Source: an uncultured Mycoplasmatota bacterium
Lineage (GTDB): Bacteria; Bacillota_I; Bacilli_A; RF39; UBA660
Length of the DNA: 64,000 nt
Assembly (NCBI GenBank): GCA_900547465.1
Contig: URHJ01000004.1
Span: 253-64,252 of the forward strand
Reading direction: 5' to 3'
Shown here: piece after piece, positions 37,628 through 47,333 of the stretch
Layout: each line of letters begins with the position of its first letter
Numbering within the stretch: the stretch's first letter is position 1
Position numbers and translations under genes: made by a program
The notes under the pieces: generated by a model
Databases searched by the model: none
Seen by the model: only the letters and a program-made list of their open reading frames with translations
What the model was told of the DNA's origin: nothing

Positions 37628-38488
37628 CTATATTGGATTAACATGAATAACAGTTAAGTAAATTTCTGGTAATTTACGAGCAATTTCCCTTTCTAAATTA
37701 TCCGCAATTTCATGACTTTCAAACGTTGACATATTACCATCTACAAAGATAGTAAAAGATATTTGATACCTATATCCTACAGGTGTTGCATTAAAATGAT
37801 TTATCTTTTTAATTTGTTTATTTTTTCTTATTATTTTCAAGACTTTTTCTCTAGTTTCAATTGATAAAGATTTATCCATCAAAACATCGTAACTTTCCTT
37901 AAATATTTGAAAAGATGTAACCATAATCCATAATGAAATAATCATACCAACTACTCCATCTAAAAAATATATTCCCCTAGTAGAAAGAAGACAAGATATT
38001 AAGTTAAATGTAGTTATTATACAATCATTTCTATGATCTTTACTATTAGCCTCTACTAATAAGTTATTATACTTTTTAGAAATTTTACTTGTATATAAAT
38101 ATAAGCAAGCTTTAACTATTATTGTTATAATACAAACTATAATTAACCAGATTGATGATATGTACTTTTCTTGTTTAATAAAACTAAAAAATGAATCTAT
38201 TAATATTTTCCCTGCAACTAAAATCATCACAACACTAATTAACATAGAGTAAATATATTCAGCTTTACCATGTCCTAAATTATGATCATCATCAGATGGG
38301 CGTGATGCAATCTTATTTCCTATAAAAGTCATTAAAGAAGATAAGATATCACCTGCACTATTAACACTATCCGCAATCATAGATTGAGAACTACTCATAA
38401 ATCCAACTATTCCCTTAATTATTAAAAGAAATAAATTACCAACTATTCCAAATAGACTAGCTTTTTTAGCACTACTATAACGATCCAT
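37628..38488 (-). CDS. cation diffusion facilitator (CDF) family metal efflux transporter
   Basis: SMIADSVNSAGDILSS...DDDHNLGHGKAEY and six TM helices plus a C-terminal cytoplasmic domain. ATG 38488 is preceded by GAGGG. Confidence 0.85.
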   Translation of the reverse strand: MDRYSSAKKASLFGIVGNLFLLIIKGIVGFMSSSQSMIADSVNSAGDILSSLMTFIGNKIASRPSDDDHNLGHGKAEYIYSMLISVVMILVAGKILIDSFFSFIKQEKYISSIWLIIVCIITIIVKACLYLYTSKISKKYNNLLVEANSKDHRNDCIITTFNLISCLLSTRGIYFLDGVVGMIISLWIMVTSFQIFKESYDVLMDKSLSIETREKVLKIIRKNKQIKKINHFNATPVGYRYQISFTIFVDGNMSTFESHEIADNLEREIARKLPEIYLTVIHVNPI

Positions 38489-39191
38489 GGTATTCCCTCT
38501 TTCTATTTTTACACGAATTAATAAAACTTTGAAAAATAGCATTATGTTTTTGATCTATTTTATATAAACTTTCAGGATGATATCTAACACCCATATAAAA
38601 CTTCTTACCTTTACTTTCAACAACTTCAATATTACCATCACAATCTAATGCAACTACATCTAACAATGGATGTTTATCTACTACATTTTTATGTCTAGAA
38701 TTTACTTGCATACTATCTGTTTGAACAGTAGAATAAAATTTTGAATCTTTATCTATAATTTGAATATCATGAGCATAAATCTCTTTTCTTCTATTATGAC
38801 ACTCAGGTTTTTCAACATGTTTAATTGTACCACCTAAGGCATCAACAATACAATTTTGTCCTGCACATATACCTAAACAAGGAATATCATTATCATAACA
38901 ATATTTAGCTATAAAGAATTCAAATACTTCATTTGTAGTACCACCTTGTAAAATAATTCCATCACATAGATTAATTTGATTAATAATATCATCTTTTCTT
39001 AAGATATCACCAAACTCGTTCCAATTGTCTCTACAATAAATCAATTCTTCATTAGACGCTAATATTCCAATAGCTATTGCTCCATTATCAAAAATAGCTT
39101 GTTTTACTTCATCTCTTATATATGTATCAGTTCTTTGCTTTTCACTATTATAATGCTTGCCAACAATACCAATTATAACTTTATTTGCCAT
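38475..39191 (-). CDS. class I glutamine amidotransferase / peptidase C26 (gamma-glutamyl hydrolase-like)
   Basis: GIILQGG, nucleophile elbow LGICAGQN, and YHPES near the C-terminus. Confidence 0.75.
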   Translation of the reverse strand: MANKVIIGIVGKHYNSEKQRTDTYIRDEVKQAIFDNGAIAIGILASNEELIYCRDNWNEFGDILRKDDIINQINLCDGIILQGGTTNEVFEFFIAKYCYDNDIPCLGICAGQNCIVDALGGTIKHVEKPECHNRRKEIYAHDIQIIDKDSKFYSTVQTDSMQVNSRHKNVVDKHPLLDVVALDCDGNIEVVESKGKKFYMGVRYHPESLYKIDQKHNAIFQSFINSCKNRKREYHGSL

Positions 39192-39646
39192 AAACTTTCA
39201 CTCCAACTTTCACCACTATATTTAAATCCTAATTTTTTATAGTATTCATTTAATTTTTTATTATGAGCAACACAATCTAATCTTAAATACTCCTTATTAT
39301 CTTCTTTTGCTTTATTAATTGCAAATAATATTAACTTTTTCCCCAATCCATTAGTATTAAGTTTAGTTGCAAAATGATGAATGTAATATGCATTAAATAA
39401 AGTACTATCACTCCAATATTTTTCATCAGCATCTTTTAAAAGAAATCCCCCTAATACATCTTTATCGTCTTTTATTATATATAATTTATTTAAATGTTTC
39501 CTAAAGTAATTAATATCATATTTTATTGGATAAGATGTTACTTTCCATTGGTTAACTTTCTTCTCTTCTAACCATTTGCATCGAGAAATAATTATATTAT
39601 GAAACTCTTCTAACTCACCTTCCCTAGCAACTTCTATTTTATACAT
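39173..39646 (-). CDS. GNAT family N-acetyltransferase
   Basis: Acetyl-CoA motif region YIHHFATKLNTNGLGKKLILFAINKAK. ATG 39646 is preferred over GTG 39655. Confidence 0.75.
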   Translation of the reverse strand: MYKIEVAREGELEEFHNIIISRCKWLEEKKVNQWKVTSYPIKYDINYFRKHLNKLYIIKDDKDVLGGFLLKDADEKYWSDSTLFNAYYIHHFATKLNTNGLGKKLILFAINKAKEDNKEYLRLDCVAHNKKLNEYYKKLGFKYSGESWSESLWQIKL

Positions 39647-39709
39647 TCTTATCACCAGCCTTATTCTTATATTATAACAAAAACAGTGCTATTAAGCACT
39701 TAAAAATAT

Positions 39710-40309
39710 TTAAGAAAGTAAAGATAGGATAGTCTCAACAACAATTTCTTTCATACTTAAAAAATCTAATTCACTATGTTTATGATAAACAACCTCATGA
39801 CATAGATTATCAACAAGACCAATACTAATATGAATCTTTTCTTTTTGATTCTTTGTATTTATTCCATTTTTTGTTAATTCACTAGATATTTTATCTGTTA
39901 TTCTAATTTCATTTTCATGAAATATATCAGCTATCTCACTATCTAAATGACTCATTGCCATCAACTCTTCATGAGCCTTTTTACTCATCGTATGTGTCTT
40001 TATAAAACTATCTATTAGTCTAGAAATAACATCTTTCAAGTTACTCTTATCAAATTTATTTTCTTTTAAAATATCAATCATAGGAAACATAATTTTATTA
40101 GAATAATCCTTAACACCTTCTATAAATATATCCCTTTTATCTTTAAAGTACTGATAAATTATACCTGTTGATACTCCAGCATATTTAGCTATATCAACAC
40201 AAGTCACGTTGTGGTAGCCTTTAGTACACATTAATTCAAAACCTTTTTCAATAATTTTATTTTTCTTTTCTATTGAACTTTTCTTAATTGGTTCTCTAAT
40301 CTGTCCCAT
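39710..40309 (-). CDS. TetR/AcrR family transcriptional regulator
   Basis: N-terminal HTH TCVDIAKYAGVSTGIIYQYFKDKRDIF. Confidence 0.9.
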   Translation of the reverse strand: MGQIREPIKKSSIEKKNKIIEKGFELMCTKGYHNVTCVDIAKYAGVSTGIIYQYFKDKRDIFIEGVKDYSNKIMFPMIDILKENKFDKSNLKDVISRLIDSFIKTHTMSKKAHEELMAMSHLDSEIADIFHENEIRITDKISSELTKNGINTKNQKEKIHISIGLVDNLCHEVVYHKHSELDFLSMKEIVVETILSLLS

Positions 40310-40378
40310 GAGATCATCTCCTAATTCTTAATTTAAAAGAGTACATTATTATTCTAACATACTCTTTAAAATTTTACA

Positions 40379-42739
40379 CTATTCATTACCCTTTAAGCTT
40401 GTTACCATATCTATATTATTTATCTTTTTTGATAATATCTTAGATACTATATAACTAGTTAAGAATGTACCAATAATTGCATAAACATAAGTCATAATAC
40501 TTATATTAGCACCAAAATCATAACTTTCTTCAATAGCCGTTTTAAATAACCAATCTGTTAAATAAAATCCTGCTGGAAGTCCTAAGATAATAGATATCAC
40601 TGCAATTATATTATTTTGTTTAATAAATATTTTTCTAATTTGACGATCTCTAAATCCTAATACTTTCAATGTTGCGAATTGGTATTCCTTCTCTGTATAA
40701 GATAAAACACACATATTATATATTATTACAGAACCTAATACAATCGCAATGAAGATAATAAGTACTATCATAGATTTCATAGTTGATAACATATTACTCA
40801 TTCCCTCTTCTAATGAGTTAATATCTTGAATCAATAAAACATTATCTATTTCTTTAGTATTACTTAAATCTTTATCTGTATATAGTGAATCTGCCTTATA
40901 TGTATTACCTAATTTTTCATAATAATCTCTAGTAATAGTCATATTCTGATTTTGTGGATCCTTATTAAATCCTACTATTTTAGATTTATAGTACTTATCA
41001 CTACCTACAATCTTCCATGTTATAATATCACCTTTTTTATATCCCATAGTAGATGCAAGTTTATAAGTAATATATACACCATCTTCACTATCTAATTTAA
41101 TAAACTTACCCTTATTATCAACAAATCTAACTTTATTAGAAGCATCTGTTATAAGTACATTATTAGATTCTTTTTTACCATCTTTATTCTTTATTTCAAT
41201 TAAACTTGCCTGTGATGTAGCACTTCCATATTTATCTTTTAACTTATTTAAATTACTTTCTGATATATCAGACTTTAAAGATAATTTATAAGAGAAATTG
41301 TATAAATCTTCAAATTGTAATTTTATAAAAGAATTTAAGCTATCTAACATACCAAAAGCACATACTATTAACATACAACAACCAGTTATACCAACAATTC
41401 CAGTTAGTGTTCTAGCTTTATTTCTAAACATATCTCTAAGATTCCATTTAGTAGAGAAATTTAATTTTTTAAATATTCCCTTAGTTGTTAGCAAAAGACT
41501 TGTTGCTTTTACTTTAGGAGACTCTGGTCTTAAAGTATCAGCTGGAGATAAGATTAAATTCTTACGACATGCTATGAAACTAACTACAACTACAGCTAAA
41601 ACTACTAAAGCTGCACAAACAAAGCAAGAAGCCATTAATACTGGAGTTCCATTAGGTATTTCAAAAAAACTCATTTCCAAATTTATAAATAAATTACCAA
41701 TACCATAATATCCTGCTATAATACCACAAATTGATGCTACTAATGATATCCAGAAACCATAACTCATATAATGTAAGAATATTTTATAATTCTTAAACCC
41801 TAAAGCCTTAAGTGTTCCAATTTGAACTCTTTGATTTTTAACAACACGTGTCATTGTTGTAATTACTGATAACATTGCAATAAATATAAATAGACCTGAA
41901 AATACTCCAATATATGTTTTACCTTCATCAATTTCTCCTTGATATTGCCTGTAAGATGTAGAATCCTCAATTTTAATAACTGTCTTAGCGTTATCTATTT
42001 TTTTCTCTATTTCATCTTTTACTTTAGCATCATTCTTTTTATTAGAAACATCAACCATAACATAATTGAATACTAATTCATCTTTATAGTTAAAGTCCAT
42101 CTTATCTAAATCTTCTTCCATAACACCTAAACTAGAAGCTGCTTTTGATTTAATATATCCTTCTAATTCATTACTTGATAAATAAGCAAAACCAAATTCT
42201 TCATGATTAGGATATAACTCTGACTCATCTTTAACATCATATACATGATCAGGTACATTAATAAATCCTAAAACTTTTTCCTTAAAAGTATAACCATCAT
42301 ACTTAATAGTTATCTCATCACCAATTTTTATTTTATTTGCATCAGCATAAAAAGCATCTAACCAAATACCCTTTTTATCTACATCAAATTTTTCTCCTTT
42401 AACAACATAAAACTTTGATATTTTATTTGATTCAATAAAATTAGTAAGTAGTGTTTTATCACCATCCGTTTTTGTTGTTATTGATAGTTTTCTTTCTGCA
42501 CTTTTTACATGATCTATCTTCTTAATATTATCCAAATCTTCTCTTGTAAAATTGGCACCTATTACATTTAAATCTTGTAAATTATTCTCTTTGTAAAATT
42601 TATCTGCTGTATACTGCATACCCATCATATAACTTTCAATTCCGCTATATGCTAATACACCAATAAATACCATTAAGAATATTGTGATAAATTGACTAAG
42701 ATTATGTTTGATATCACGTAACATTTTCTTTCTTAACAT
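40379..42739 (-). CDS. ABC transporter permease, FtsX/MacB-like (double FtsX domain)
   Basis: 786 aa with two 4-TM FtsX-type modules separated by large extracytoplasmic domains. Adjacent to the ATPase gene. Confidence 0.85.
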   Translation of the reverse strand: MLRKKMLRDIKHNLSQFITIFLMVFIGVLAYSGIESYMMGMQYTADKFYKENNLQDLNVIGANFTREDLDNIKKIDHVKSAERKLSITTKTDGDKTLLTNFIESNKISKFYVVKGEKFDVDKKGIWLDAFYADANKIKIGDEITIKYDGYTFKEKVLGFINVPDHVYDVKDESELYPNHEEFGFAYLSSNELEGYIKSKAASSLGVMEEDLDKMDFNYKDELVFNYVMVDVSNKKNDAKVKDEIEKKIDNAKTVIKIEDSTSYRQYQGEIDEGKTYIGVFSGLFIFIAMLSVITTMTRVVKNQRVQIGTLKALGFKNYKIFLHYMSYGFWISLVASICGIIAGYYGIGNLFINLEMSFFEIPNGTPVLMASCFVCAALVVLAVVVVSFIACRKNLILSPADTLRPESPKVKATSLLLTTKGIFKKLNFSTKWNLRDMFRNKARTLTGIVGITGCCMLIVCAFGMLDSLNSFIKLQFEDLYNFSYKLSLKSDISESNLNKLKDKYGSATSQASLIEIKNKDGKKESNNVLITDASNKVRFVDNKGKFIKLDSEDGVYITYKLASTMGYKKGDIITWKIVGSDKYYKSKIVGFNKDPQNQNMTITRDYYEKLGNTYKADSLYTDKDLSNTKEIDNVLLIQDINSLEEGMSNMLSTMKSMIVLIIFIAIVLGSVIIYNMCVLSYTEKEYQFATLKVLGFRDRQIRKIFIKQNNIIAVISIILGLPAGFYLTDWLFKTAIEESYDFGANISIMTYVYAIIGTFLTSYIVSKILSKKINNIDMVTSLKGNE

Positions 42740-42740
42740 A

Positions 42741-43451
42741 TTACCACACTACCTCATCAATATTTTTAGGTTTCTTATTTTCTACAACACTGTCAATTTG
42801 TCCATTTTTAATTCTAATTACACGATCAGCTACTTCTGCAATTAAAGCATTATGAGTAACTATAACAACAGTATTTTCACCGTTATTAGCATCACAACAT
42901 TTCTTTAATAACTTCAAAACTTCTACACCTGTTTTAGAATCAAGTGCACCAGTTGGTTCATCACATAATAATATTTTAGGATTCTTAGCTATTGCACGTG
43001 CAATTGAAACTCTCTGTTGTTCCCCTCCAGATAATTGATTTGGAAACTTTGTTAAATGTTTAGAAAGTCCAACATCTTTTAATATTTTCTTTGCACTTCT
43101 TGACTTTTTTACTATATCTCTTACTATTTCAACATTTTCTAAAACTGTAAGAGTTGGTAAGATATTATAAAACTGAAATATAAATCCTACATTTTCTGCT
43201 CTATACTCACTCATTTCATTAGCATTGTATTTTTCAATATTTTCTCCATCTATAACAATACTTCCGCTTGTTGCTTGGTCCATTCCGCCAAGTAAATTTA
43301 AAAGTGTTGATTTTCCAGCACCACTAGGTCCTAAAATAACAACAAATTCGCCTTTAGGTATACTAAATGATATACCATCTAAAGCATTGAAACTTGCATC
43401 ACCCACTTCATATGTTTTTGTGACATTTTCAAATTTAATAAAATCCTTCAT
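42741..43451 (-). CDS. ABC transporter ATP-binding protein (MacB/LolD-like)
   Basis: Walker [10 protein letters not shown], signature LSGGEQQR and Walker [12 protein letters not shown]. Confidence 0.95.
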   Translation of the reverse strand: MKDFIKFENVTKTYEVGDASFNALDGISFSIPKGEFVVILGPSGAGKSTLLNLLGGMDQATSGSIVIDGENIEKYNANEMSEYRAENVGFIFQFYNILPTLTVLENVEIVRDIVKKSRSAKKILKDVGLSKHLTKFPNQLSGGEQQRVSIARAIAKNPKILLCDEPTGALDSKTGVEVLKLLKKCCDANNGENTVVIVTHNALIAEVADRVIRIKNGQIDSVVENKKPKNIDEVVW

Positions 43452-43613
43452 TTTTACCTATTTCCTTTCGTATGAAATTAATTTCATATTAAATATACTA
43501 TAATTTTATGTTAAATGCAACAACAAAATAAAACTTTTTTCATATTACTAAAAACCATTGATTTATATAATGATTTTTGGTATTATATCACATGCAAGAA
43601 AGGGGAGATTTCA

Positions 43614-44474
43614 ATGTATGATGACAAGTATACTAATCCAAAGCTTGAGACAAACAACATAGAGGAAGAGCACGCTTATCTAAATGCATATAAAGAAATC
43701 ATTTCTAAAACAGCAGACTTATTAAAATATATAAAGATGGATAATCCATTTGACGCCTCATTGATATTTCAATATCTTCTATGGAATGGTTATTTTTCAA
43801 AAGATAAAAATTTTAAATATAGTAAGGATAATAGGTGTCTAGCTAGGGATGCTTATGGTGCTGATATCATGAGAGGATATTCTGTTTGCCTTAACAATTG
43901 TGACATGTTAACTAGAATTCTTAATAGCTTAGATATACCATCAAGAGTGTTGTATTGTTCACTTAAACAAGAAAAATTACCCAATGATAATCAATTTGTT
44001 AACCATATTGACAATTTAAGTCCATGGGAAAGGTTTCTTAGAGATCATATTAGAGGTAATCACGCTGTTGTTGTATTTAATCATGAAGATTTAAATTACG
44101 TAATGGATCCTACAAATAATAGCTTTATAGAACCGATTGGATATAAAAAACTTAAATTCTTTGATACAGATGATATATTAAAAATAAGAAAAGGAACATC
44201 TGTTTTGATGAATTCACTCTCAGATCCATTTGAAGAAATATCAGCCTCAAATCCATTTGAAGGAATATCAGCTATTTCAAAAGATTTTGATCATATTATT
44301 CTAAATTTATTTATGCAAAGTAAATCTAAAAATAGTAAAATAAATAAAAAATTTTTATCAGATAAATGTTATAAAGCCATAAAATCCTATGCTACTAATA
44401 TAGAGTTATTTAAAGACTTTCATACTGAAATAACACCACAAATTGATACTGTTTGTAAAACACTAAGACGATAG
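43614..44474 (+). CDS. transglutaminase-like cysteine protease superfamily protein (putative)
   Basis: GYSVCLNNCDMLTRILNSLDIPSRVLYC followed by GNHAVVVF...MDPTN fits the Cys-His-Asp transglutaminase-core pattern. ATG 43614 is preceded by AAAGGGGAG; the track start at 43515 is unlikely. Confidence 0.5.
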   Translation: MYDDKYTNPKLETNNIEEEHAYLNAYKEIISKTADLLKYIKMDNPFDASLIFQYLLWNGYFSKDKNFKYSKDNRCLARDAYGADIMRGYSVCLNNCDMLTRILNSLDIPSRVLYCSLKQEKLPNDNQFVNHIDNLSPWERFLRDHIRGNHAVVVFNHEDLNYVMDPTNNSFIEPIGYKKLKFFDTDDILKIRKGTSVLMNSLSDPFEEISASNPFEGISAISKDFDHIILNLFMQSKSKNSKINKKFLSDKCYKAIKSYATNIELFKDFHTEITPQIDTVCKTLRR

Positions 44475-44479
44475 ATAAT

Positions 44480-45358
44480 CTACCGTCTTCTTTTAATTAT
44501 ATCATCATCTTTTATATGTCCTATTAATAAACTTGAATCTTTATCATGCATTTTCATATTTTTTCTTATATCTTCCTCTGAGTAATTAGCATAACAATAT
44601 CTACATAAATGATTACAAGTATTATAAGAACCTATATCAACCATTTCTACACAATTACAACCTCGAGCTTTCCAACTTTTAAAATTAGATTTACCCGTTA
44701 ATTTATATGCCAAAACATGAGATAAACATTCACCCTTTATGAAACCATACTCCACTAGATCATGTTCTTCCATACACGTTTGAACAGTAATGCCACGTCC
44801 TTTAGCACTTCTAGAAAAACTAGTACCAATTTTTTTATAATCATCATCAGTCAATTTTTTATATTTCAATATATTTTTATTTTTCAATACATTTTTGTAC
44901 TCATCTAAAAAAGAAACTATAATATGTTTAGTATACCCCTCTAATAAACTACATAATTTATCAAAAGCCTTAATATGATAAGAAACTGTATAATAATCAT
45001 TTATAAAAATAGGATCATATCTAATATATAAATTATCAATTCCTACAATATCTGATATTTTCTTAACAGCTTCTATAATCTTAGTTTTATCTATTACATT
45101 ATTTTCAATTTCCTTTTTATAAGGAGTAATAGTAACATGAAAAAGAATTGGCTTTTTTATTTCTTTCAAATACTTTACTATTGGTATTGGATTTTTAGTA
45201 CAAAACATAATAGCATCAACATCTTCAAAATAGATTCTACTAACAAGTTTTTCATTAAATGGATTTCTAGCATCAACAAATCCTTCTCTATATCTATTCA
45301 TAAACCAATCAGTATAGAATGCTACTACATCTGTTCTACCACTAACATTTAAAATCAT
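44480..45358 (-). CDS. DUF1848 family protein (C-terminal Cys cluster)
   Basis: SGRTDVVAFYTDWFMNRYREGF at the N-terminus. C-terminal RGCNCVEMVDIGSYNTCNHLCRYCYAN. Confidence 0.6.
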   Translation of the reverse strand: MILNVSGRTDVVAFYTDWFMNRYREGFVDARNPFNEKLVSRIYFEDVDAIMFCTKNPIPIVKYLKEIKKPILFHVTITPYKKEIENNVIDKTKIIEAVKKISDIVGIDNLYIRYDPIFINDYYTVSYHIKAFDKLCSLLEGYTKHIIVSFLDEYKNVLKNKNILKYKKLTDDDYKKIGTSFSRSAKGRGITVQTCMEEHDLVEYGFIKGECLSHVLAYKLTGKSNFKSWKARGCNCVEMVDIGSYNTCNHLCRYCYANYSEEDIRKNMKMHDKDSSLLIGHIKDDDIIKRRR

Positions 45359-45477
45359 TTTTCTTCGTCATCTTGTTTTTCTAATTCTTTTTCTATCATT
45401 TTTTCTAAAGATTCTTTTGTAATTTCTTCATCTTGTAACAATTCATCTAACTTTGTCTCTTTTTCTACTATTTTCAT
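45355..45477 (-). CDS. possible 40-aa acidic micro-ORF coupled to the DUF1848 gene
   Basis: MKIVEKETKLDELLQDEEITKESLEKMIEKELEKQDDEEK. Its TGA overlaps the DUF1848 ATG (ATGA). No homology evidence. Confidence 0.25.
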   Translation of the reverse strand: MKIVEKETKLDELLQDEEITKESLEKMIEKELEKQDDEEK

Positions 45478-45518
45478 AAAACTATCACCACAATCAAACT
45501 ATATCACAATTTTTATCA

Positions 45519-46784
45519 TCAAACAATATCTTCATCGATTGGTAATTTAATAGTAACAGTTGTATACTTCCCTTTTACAGAATCATAACTAATTGAACCA
45601 TCATGTTGATAAATTATTTCTTTTGATAAAGCAACACCTAAACCAGTTCCCTTCTCCTTCGTTGTATAAAACATCTCATCAACTTTATCTAAACTTTTCT
45701 GAGACATACCTACCCCATTATCTTTTATAATAAGATTAACATCATCACCCTCTACAAAAGCCCTAATACTAATATAAGAACTCTTCTTTTTCTTATCTTT
45801 AGCCTCTATAGAATTTTTTAATAAATTTACTAATACTTGCTTTAATCTATTATAATCAAGTTCCATATACAACTCATCATCAGGAATATCCAGTTTTAAA
45901 GAAACATCATTGGCATTAAATAACGGCTTCATAATATCACAAGTATCCTCTATTAATAAATAAAAATCAGCTTCTTCTTTCTCTACTTTTATCTTAGTAT
46001 AATCCAAAAAGTCATCCATTAATATTAATGTTCTATTTATCTCATCTTTTATAATTGAATTATACCTCTCCACTTTGTCAATATCCCTATAATCCATCAT
46101 ATCAAGATACCCCTTACATACTGCAATTGGATTTTTAATTTCATGAGTTATCTTAAATAATGATTCTCTAAGCTTCTTCTCCTTTTCTAATTCATAAACT
46201 ACTCTATTAAGATCTATTGCCTCTTCTCCCTTTTCTAGTAAAAAAGCAACCATAAATGCTAAAATAGTAAAAAGTATCATAGTAAGCAATATTAACATCA
46301 TACCACTATAAACATCAGTAGTTGATTCAGGAATAAAATAAAACACTTTAAAAGACATCATAAACGCTTTTATAGTAGAAAAAATAGCAATAAGACTTAA
46401 TGCATTTATTTTTCCATCTTTACCATGACAATAAACTAAATAACCAATAAAATATATAACATATTCCAAAGCTAAATAAAGTATTTCTATTCCAGTTGCA
46501 TTACGATAATATAAAACAAGCAAAATTGATAAAATAATAACACTATGCATTCTTTTTCTAAGTGCCGCTATTAATAAAGGTATATTTAATAAAAGAAGCG
46601 GATAAATAAAAACATTAGTACCAAATTTTATTAATAAATAAACAGAAGAATAAAGTGCTATATCCAAAATTATATAATTCATTTTCCTATCCAAGTTTTT
46701 TATATAAATAGTACAAATAATATAAATAAGTAATGGAAATGAAATACACATTAAATTTAATAAAGTTCCCTCAAAAAGATCCAT
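45519..46784 (-). CDS. orphan membrane sensor histidine kinase
   Basis: About 6 N-terminal TM helices. H-box ITHEIKNPIAVCKGYLDMM, N-box LVNLLKNSIEA, G-boxes IKDNGVGM and GTGLGVALSKEI. ATG 46784 is preceded by AAGGAGGGAG. No response regulator gene is adjacent. Confidence 0.85.
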   Translation of the reverse strand: MDLFEGTLLNLMCISFPLLIYIICTIYIKNLDRKMNYIILDIALYSSVYLLIKFGTNVFIYPLLLLNIPLLIAALRKRMHSVIILSILLVLYYRNATGIEILYLALEYVIYFIGYLVYCHGKDGKINALSLIAIFSTIKAFMMSFKVFYFIPESTTDVYSGMMLILLTMILFTILAFMVAFLLEKGEEAIDLNRVVYELEKEKKLRESLFKITHEIKNPIAVCKGYLDMMDYRDIDKVERYNSIIKDEINRTLILMDDFLDYTKIKVEKEEADFYLLIEDTCDIMKPLFNANDVSLKLDIPDDELYMELDYNRLKQVLVNLLKNSIEAKDKKKKSSYISIRAFVEGDDVNLIIKDNGVGMSQKSLDKVDEMFYTTKEKGTGLGVALSKEIIYQHDGSISYDSVKGKYTTVTIKLPIDEDIV

Positions 46785-46831
46785 AATCTCCCTCCTTACC
46801 AAGGATTATATCTTACAAATTTATCACATTT

Positions 46832-46867
46832 TGTCGAATTTTGTCGAAAAGCAAAAAAAAAGACGAA
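46832..46867 (+). promoter_or_regulatory. tandem Spo0A-box-like motifs upstream of the histidine kinase gene
   Basis: Two perfect TGTCGAA heptamers sit 10 bp apart (46832-46838, 46842-46848), with a near match AGACGAA at 46861-46867. A minus-strand TATAAT (-10) lies at 46805-46810. Confidence 0.55.
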
Positions 46868-46872
46868 ATTTG

Positions 46873-47178
46873 TCATTTAATCTCATCTATATATTTTTTT
46901 AATTGTTTAGATTCAGGTCCTAAAATAATTTTTAATTGATTATCAATTTCAACAATACCTTTAGCACCTAATTTTTGAATTGCTTCTTTATTTGCTTTAT
47001 CTACATCTTTTAAAGTAACTTTAAACCTAGACAAAGTAATTTCTGTATCAATAATATTATCTTTTCCACCTAAAGCTTCCACTAACTTATTAAAATCCAG
47101 GGAAGCATCTTTACTATTAGCTTTCAATACAGCAAGTAAAACAATAAGTAGTACAATTCCTATAATTATATATTGCAT
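46873..47178 (-). CDS. membrane-anchored PTS EIIB(Glc)-like domain protein lacking the phospho-cysteine
   Basis: A TM helix followed by LVEALGGKDNIIDTEITLSRFKVTLKDVDKANKEAIQKLGAKGIV. This aligns with the EIIB pattern LGGKENI..x.HCATRLRF.L.D...V; the Cys position holds Ile. Confidence 0.55.
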   Translation of the reverse strand: MQYIIIGIVLLIVLLAVLKANSKDASLDFNKLVEALGGKDNIIDTEITLSRFKVTLKDVDKANKEAIQKLGAKGIVEIDNQLKIILGPESKQLKKYIDEIK

Positions 47179-47333
47179 TTTCTAATCACCAAACTAATTA
47201 TATCCTACTTCTTATAAAAAAGCAAAGAATTAATATTTTTAAGACAATTATCATATATATGATATAGGTATAAGCTATACACTATTTTAAGATAAAAGAA
47301 TATCTTATAGTAGAAAAGATAAGGAGGAATAGT

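Noticed and set aside
41298-41708. 136-aa plus-strand ORF inside the FtsX permease gene
   Set aside because: It is fully embedded antisense in a well-supported 786-aa permease gene, and it has no RBS. The same reasoning applies to these other antisense track ORFs: 4751-4942, 5716-5898, 17892-18074, 22866-23060, 29320-29559, 29962-30177, 30122-30367, 31931-32152, 33575-33796, 34835-35068, 43225-43503, 45137-45352, 49352-49534, 49898-50107, 51188-51373, 51229-51432, 54028-54243, 58813-58998, 61362-61559 and 62910-63182.
47179-47333. Search for a sigma-K or sigma-E promoter upstream of the cotY/Z-like pair (CATATATAT segment)
   Set aside because: CATATATAT does not fit CATA---TA, and no properly spaced AC or ATA -35 element was found. 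No promoter call was made.
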